64,000 nt of DNA from a virus, in the IMG/VR virus record IMGVR_UViG_3300047471_000466, positions 1-64,000 of that record, one strand, 5' to 3'. Shown here piece after piece: positions 58,571-64,000 of the stretch; positions within the stretch are counted from its first letter, which is position 1, and every line of letters begins with the position of its first letter. A model generated the notes under the pieces. That model did no database searches and was not told where the DNA came from. It saw only the letters and a list, made by a program, of their open reading frames with translations. Position numbers and translations under genes: made by a program.

Positions 58571-61500
58571 TTAGTGTTCTTCTCGGGCGGGGTTGGGTGT
58601 TGATGAACCGCAAACATCGATCCCACAAGAGCAAGACTTGCCCCGATAATTGTATCCCGCAATTTAGGTTCAATTCCTTGTTGATCCATAGCATTGCTCC
58701 AGCCTTCTACGGTAGCCGCTAGAGGAATTGGTCCTTTGGTAAGAGCCCAATGAGTAAGCGAAATAGGATCTTTTGGATTTCGTGGCGTCGAAAATTTTAC
58801 TCCCATATTTTCATATAAATTTTGTAAAGCTTCAATAGGCTTCCCAGTATACTGCTGCTTTGCTCGGGCGATTTCTACCAGATCCGAAATGGAGGGCGTT
58901 ACTTTACCCATCGCATAGTTGATAATTTTATCTGTGTAGGGTTGACGATTTTCGGCAGGGATTACATGAGATAGGGCGACACTTAAGGATAGCCTTAGGG
59001 GCGCAAGAAAAGAACTTGGAGCGAGCACTGTCTGACCATGCACTTTGAACGCCAACCAATCGGATCGGGTTGGGTCAAACCAATTTATTTTATCGTCTGA
59101 ATTAACTGCTTTTAATATTGCAGCATTCACGCCTAGCGCAGCTACCATAGTAGAGGCCATCTCTGCAGATCGTCGAAGCACTGCCATACGAAAATATCTT
59201 TCTGCAGGAGTGGCCGCGGTACCTTTTAAAAACAAACCGGTTGCGCGAAGGGGGTCAACGACCATTTGCTGCCATCGGGCTCCCTCTAATCTTGGGGCGA
59301 ATAAAAATGTTCTCCAGTCTCCCGTGAGGAGATTACCAATTTTTGTAAATCCAGGAGTAGTGGTTCCGGTTTCAGAGTTAATCCGCGACATCGCTTCTTT
59401 CACAACTTGATCTTTATTATCTTGATCCAGTTCTTTGAACCAATCTTTACCTTGTAGTCGTTTGTATTCTTTCTGCCCCACGTTCATCCGCAAGACTTTA
59501 AGGGTATCCATTCCGCGATTACCCGCGACTCCGATTCTTCCTAAATAATTGTTGTATTGTCCCATATCTTCCAACGTTCCCACTTTGGCAGCGAGACCTT
59601 GTTTCGTTAGATAGGCGTAATCATCCGCATTCATAACATCCTGCATCAGTTTCTCATGATACGCGGCGGCGTCCATTTTTACTCCTTTTTCATTTTTACC
59701 ACCTAGAAAGGCTGCGCGAAATGCCTGAGGAATTGCGGCAAGTTCTTCTCTTCCTGCTGATAAAGGCCTAAATAACAAAGATCCTGCATGTGTAAGAGCG
59801 GGGTTGACGTGACCAACAACTGCAATGGTACGAGGAAGCTCCCAAAGTTTGGCGAGATTGCTTAATACTTTACCCTTGTCGGCATTGTCCATAAACGTTT
59901 TAGTGGCTTGCACAATCGCTCGTTGCTGTGCCTGTGCTTTATAACGTTCTGCCTCGAAAGCTCGCACCGTCTTAGGAGCCGAGATTGCTTCTTGGACTAC
60001 GCGCCTATCGATCTTTAAATCACTGGCGACATCGTTAACCAATTCTTCTGGCCGAATATACTCTGTGCCGTCTAAATAATTTGCCTTAATGAACTTCCAA
60101 ATATTACCGACTTCACGAATGGTAAGATTCTTCTGGCCAATTCTATACGGCTTAGCTTCGAACCGTGCGTTAAGATATTGGCTAAGTTTCTTTCCAGCAT
60201 CGGCGGGATCGTAGTCGAATCCAAATTCCAGTTGTCCAGTGTCTTTTCCGGTGGGATCTTTCTTTGTCTCTACTCCTGCTGCCTTGGCGGCTTTCTTTTC
60301 GGCGCTAGTTAGTTTGGTTCCTTCCGCCGCCTTACCTAATTCATTCGTAGTTCCCTCGGCAGTCTTGACAATCTCTTGTCCCATTTTGATAGAGTTCTTT
60401 AAGGTCTCAACTCTCGCCTCGGTCGTAGCTTGAACGATTTGTTTAACCTGTTCCTCTTGCTTGGGCGTAAAGTCTTTCCCATAAACCATTTTGAAATAGG
60501 ATCGAAGATCGAAGAAGTCGCCGGTATTAATATCCAACGCCCCTTGTACCGCTTGTAAAGACTTACCGGCTTCCGCGGTCTTGTTATAAACTTTTTGCAT
60601 CCAGTTTTGTTCCTTGGCGTAAGCTGCTTGAGCAGCGGCGGTATCACCTTTTACTCGGGCCGCTACTTCTTCTCGCCTAATCTCGGAAACCTTTGCACGG
60701 AATAAATGAAAGTCTTCTGCAGATGGGACCGCCTTCCCTTTCACTAAGAAATCCAAACGTTCATCAGCAGCGTTGGGATTCTTGGCCAATATATCTTGGG
60801 CATCTTTGGCCATTTGTTCATGGGTGCCAAGGAAGTTTCCGACGTAGGGAACCCCCGCATCTCGCATGATGACAGCGTATTTGCCTTTGCTCTTGGGGAG
60901 TTCTTCTGGCGATAATCCAGCAGCGATAAGAAGTCTATCTGTTAGGGTGAATTCATCCGGAGTCTTTACCAGATCGTAGGATTTCCCGGTGATGTTGGTT
61001 TTCGGGTTGCCTTCGGCGTCTTTGAAAACTGGTGATCCGCCTTTTGGATTGTCAATACCATACGCTATAGCAGTATTGCTAGTTCTGGGTTCGGCTGATT
61101 TATGTGGACCTAAATCCACTGCTTCTCCTTTCTGCCCTGTTATCTTCTCCATTGCAGAAGGGAGAGTCTGGTCGTAGTGGAGTCGCATGCCTTTGTCCTG
61201 TAATGGTTTAGAAGCTTCCGCAAGAAGTTCAGGAGTGACCTGTACGTATTTAAAATTACGCTTACCATCATCTTTCTCCGCCTCTTCTTTTAATCCCGCC
61301 AGACCGCCACCCTCTTTAGTTACACGAATATCTGGCTCACGAACTATGGCGGCGTCAGAAATATCACCGTTACCAAGATGTCCGGCCACCCAATCGCCTA
61401 CTTGTGCTCGAACTGGATACGCCCGATCATGCCCCTCTGTCATCATCGCTGTCTCGGCATCGGAGAGAATTACTTTACTCGCACCGATTTCCTTGGCGTG

Positions 61501-64000
61501 TTGGATCGCTGCTTTCAAGGCGAGGGATTCGTAGACTTGAAGGAGTGGATGGTTTCCTTGCCGAGGATCGCGAGCTTCGTGTTCTTGTTCGATAAGTTTT
61601 TTCTCAGCCGCCTTAGCTTGTTCTTCAGTGTCATAATCCAAATGACCGTTATCCGCCGTATACAAAGACCAATAATTATCTCCTGCGATTGGTTTGGAAA
61701 TGGAAATCTTTGATAGCCTATCTTTTAATTTCTCGGCACGATTACGTTCTTGTTGTGCCCAGTCACTTTGCACCTCTATAACATGGAACGCTTTGCTTCC
61801 ATCCGGCAGGGTTTCCTCGTAGCCACGGTAGAAGGAGAGAACGTTTCTATCTTCCGCGCCGAAGTGAGGACCACGATAATTTACTTTATTAGCTTCGTCT
61901 ATCGCCTTATCATAATATCCGATATCCTTTGACGGTAGTCGCACCAATCCCTCCACGTATCCCGGCATGTGTTCTTCGGACTTCGGACCTATGAAAGAAT
62001 ATTTTGCATCTGTAGATTTGGGTGCGCGTATATTTTGTAGCTCAGCCCAACGTTGCGCTTGCTGTCGAAACCTTTGATCGTCTCCGGTATGCGCCCCTGC
62101 TTGTCCAAGATGATCTTCAGAAGCTTGATTTAACCATGATTTAGTATCGGCGGAATCTGGATCGTGTAGATATTCACGAACAAAATTTGCTATGGAGGTT
62201 TGAGTTTTATCCGTAAGATTATCAAACCATTCATGACGCATCCGACTGCCTTCATTAATTGCTCCTATTTGTGAGTTAAAATCAGTTGCGGTTCTACCCA
62301 ACTTCTTCGTCTCCACCGTCGGTCCTCTGGTCCTCAGACCCTGATCCAATGTTCGAACGTTTACTTTTCCATTCTGGAATGCTTGAGGAACTATCGTCTT
62401 ATAAAGAGCAATCTCCGCTTTGTTCAACGGCTTGTTCACGCCACCTACTTTTGCGAATGCAGTCTCGTCTATCTCTCCGGACTTAGGCAGGGTATGTTTA
62501 TCGCCTAGTCGATTTGTTTCGACATTGTAGGGAGCCATGGAATACAGGAATCGGTTACCCGCCGGTATCATTCCTTTCTTGATCCGGTCTATCTCATCAG
62601 GCGATAGTCCTGCACTCTCTGCTTGCTGAATGGCGTTTGATCGCAGACCTATCTCTGCTTTACCTACATGAGTTGGGGCTTCCTGCGTCAGCGCGGCGAC
62701 TGACTCAAAGTACTTTTGTATGTTGTCCTGCTGTTCCACAGGTCGTCCGGACACCAACTGCATAATCATATTGCGGGCTTGGTGAAGAAGATTTAATGCC
62801 CTTCCTTTTATGGAAGTATCGGCGGGAAGGCGACCTAGAAAATCTACCAACTCGGGGTTAGTTATTTCCGCCACCAGTTCCTTGGTATTGGCGAGGCCGT
62901 AGAACTTGGAATAGTTATCGTAGAGTTTGAAAAGTTGGTCGTGCGATAGATTAACCGTTGTATCATTAGGATTGTTCAGCCACTTGGTAAATTCGGCGAG
63001 TTCTTCCTTGGTTCCAGTTCGCCCGAAGGATTCTTTCCACGCAGCCTGGCGACCTCGTGTCAGTAATCTATCGAGGGATTGAATCGCTACCGCCTCGTGG
63101 GCATTGGGCACGTATCCCGGCAGCAGCTTCCACACGGTAACATGGTGCAAGGCTTCATGCAGCAAGGCGCCATAGATCGAGGATGCACTGTGGTCGGAGT
63201 TAAGATTAAGATAAATATTGAAGCCGTGTTTCCCGTCGTATTCATAAAGGGCCTTCTGCGCCATTTTGTTATCGAACGAAAGTTTTATTTTGGATGTATC
63301 GATTCCGGAGTTAAGCAAAAGCTTGGCGATAAATTTTTGAACTGCGGTTCCTTTTTCTGCCAACCCACGCAAGCCCGAGCCGACAGGATCTTTAGGATCA
63401 AGCGCGCCTATATTGTCAAGCTTCTGAGTGTTCTCTAGCACACGAATGGGATTAATAGGAACAGAAGATTCAGTCCTTACTGTCTTACCTGCTGCAATGC
63501 CTGAGTCCGTCGGGGCTTGCCTTGTCATCTTCTCCGCTTTCTGCATCGCTTCTGCTAGATCCTGCATCGTCTTTTCAGGCAATCCTTTTTTACGGGCTAT
63601 CTCGTTAGTTCGATCAAGGGCAGCTTTGGGATCCGTGATGCCATGATCCATGAGAACTTGTTCATGCGGTGTAACGGCTTCCTCTGTTGGGGCTTCTGGT
63701 TGTTGAATAAATTCGGGCGCAGTTCGTTCTGTTTCCTCTGGCGTTTCCGCCTGTGTCGGCGCTCCTTCAGTTATTTCTTTGCGAGCTTCATCCAGCGGAA
63801 CCGTATGCTTTGTCTTTCCCCCCTCACCCCACATTGCCTTATACAGTTTAGTCCCCGCATCTTTTCCGAACTTTTGTAAATCCTGAATCGTAAAATCTCT
63901 TTCCGGATCTTGTACGTGGTCTAGCCAAGCTTGTTTCGCAGCTAACTCTCTGTCCCGAGTTTTAAAAACAAGATCTTTCGGGAAAGGTTTGTCAGGTGGA
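58564..64000 (-). CDS. Giant internal virion/ejection protein (over 1800 aa, 5' end outside the window)
   Basis: Frame stays open from 63834 to the window end; HEALHH zincin-like motif with a later E; HF...IEVQSDW segment; helical C-terminus. Confidence 0.75.
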   Translation of the reverse strand, partial: PPDKPFPKDLVFKTRDRELAAKQAWLDHVQDPERDFTIQDLQKFGKDAGTKLYKAMWGEGGKTKHTVPLDEARKEITEGAPTQAETPEETERTAPEFIQQPEAPTEEAVTPHEQVLMDHGITDPKAALDRTNEIARKKGLPEKTMQDLAEAMQKAEKMTRQAPTDSGIAAGKTVRTESSVPINPIRVLENTQKLDNIGALDPKDPVGSGLRGLAEKGTAVQKFIAKLLLNSGIDTSKIKLSFDNKMAQKALYEYDGKHGFNIYLNLNSDHSASSIYGALLHEALHHVTVWKLLPGYVPNAHEAVAIQSLDRLLTRGRQAAWKESFGRTGTKEELAEFTKWLNNPNDTTVNLSHDQLFKLYDNYSKFYGLANTKELVAEITNPELVDFLGRLPADTSIKGRALNLLHQARNMIMQLVSGRPVEQQDNIQKYFESVAALTQEAPTHVGKAEIGLRSNAIQQAESAGLSPDEIDRIKKGMIPAGNRFLYSMAPYNVETNRLGDKHTLPKSGEIDETAFAKVGGVNKPLNKAEIALYKTIVPQAFQNGKVNVRTLDQGLRTRGPTVETKKLGRTATDFNSQIGAINEGSRMRHEWFDNLTDKTQTSIANFVREYLHDPDSADTKSWLNQASEDHLGQAGAHTGDDQRFRQQAQRWAELQNIRAPKSTDAKYSFIGPKSEEHMPGYVEGLVRLPSKDIGYYDKAIDEANKVNYRGPHFGAEDRNVLSFYRGYEETLPDGSKAFHVIEVQSDWAQQERNRAEKLKDRLSKISISKPIAGDNYWSLYTADNGHLDYDTEEQAKAAEKKLIEQEHEARDPRQGNHPLLQVYESLALKAAIQHAKEIGASKVILSDAETAMMTEGHDRAYPVRAQVGDWVAGHLGNGDISDAAIVREPDIRVTKEGGGLAGLKEEAEKDDGKRNFKYVQVTPELLAEASKPLQDKGMRLHYDQTLPSAMEKITGQKGEAVDLGPHKSAEPRTSNTAIAYGIDNPKGGSPVFKDAEGNPKTNITGKSYDLVKTPDEFTLTDRLLIAAGLSPEELPKSKGKYAVIMRDAGVPYVGNFLGTHEQMAKDAQDILAKNPNAADERLDFLVKGKAVPSAEDFHLFRAKVSEIRREEVAARVKGDTAAAQAAYAKEQNWMQKVYNKTAEAGKSLQAVQGALDINTGDFFDLRSYFKMVYGKDFTPKQEEQVKQIVQATTEARVETLKNSIKMGQEIVKTAEGTTNELGKAAEGTKLTSAEKKAAKAAGVETKKDPTGKDTGQLEFGFDYDPADAGKKLSQYLNARFEAKPYRIGQKNLTIREVGNIWKFIKANYLDGTEYIRPEELVNDVASDLKIDRRVVQEAISAPKTVRAFEAERYKAQAQQRAIVQATKTFMDNADKGKVLSNLAKLWELPRTIAVVGHVNPALTHAGSLLFRPLSAGREELAAIPQAFRAAFLGGKNEKGVKMDAAAYHEKLMQDVMNADDYAYLTKQGLAAKVGTLEDMGQYNNYLGRIGVAGNRGMDTLKVLRMNVGQKEYKRLQGKDWFKELDQDNKDQVVKEAMSRINSETGTTTPGFTKIGNLLTGDWRTFLFAPRLEGARWQQMVVDPLRATGLFLKGTAATPAERYFRMAVLRRSAEMASTMVAALGVNAAILKAVNSDDKINWFDPTRSDWLAFKVHGQTVLAPSSFLAPLRLSLSVALSHVIPAENRQPYTDKIINYAMGKVTPSISDLVEIARAKQQYTGKPIEALQNLYENMGVKFSTPRNPKDPISLTHWALTKGPIPLAATVEGWSNAMDQQGIEPKLRDTIIGASLALVGSMFAVHQHPTPPEKNTNQ

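Overview
The window is most of a tailed dsDNA phage genome with a podovirus-like layout (host not determinable). Minus-strand virion and packaging genes lie at both ends: collagen-like fibre, lysis-like membrane genes, major capsid, scaffold, portal and TerL at 1-11.6 kb, and a giant internal virion protein running off the right edge. A plus-strand block at 11.7-34.6 kb encodes many glycosyl- and methyltransferases, an SF2 helicase, a Cas4-like nuclease, a dNMP kinase, a family A polymerase, a primase-helicase, MazG and a class II RNR. An accessory cassette lies at 34.6-38.7 kb, and an early-type plus-strand region at 38.8-57.7 kb holds small genes, rIIA/rIIB, a glycosylase, a DNA methyltransferase and an inverted TerS-like gene. 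Main finds: (1) a 220-nt ORF-less group I intron splitting the major capsid gene, with a free-standing HNH nuclease just upstream; (2) a densely base-paired non-coding element of about 1 kb at 40.58-41.6 kb, within a family of internal-loop hairpins that start at early-gene stop codons; (3) about nine glycosyltransferase-like genes, several resembling eukaryote-type families (GT34, PLOD, DUF707, GT75), plus Thr-rich virion repeats, suggesting a virion glycosylation system; (4) a duplicated promoter plus 28-codon module heading two otherwise unrelated proteins. All family assignments are by eye from motifs; no searches or folding were run.
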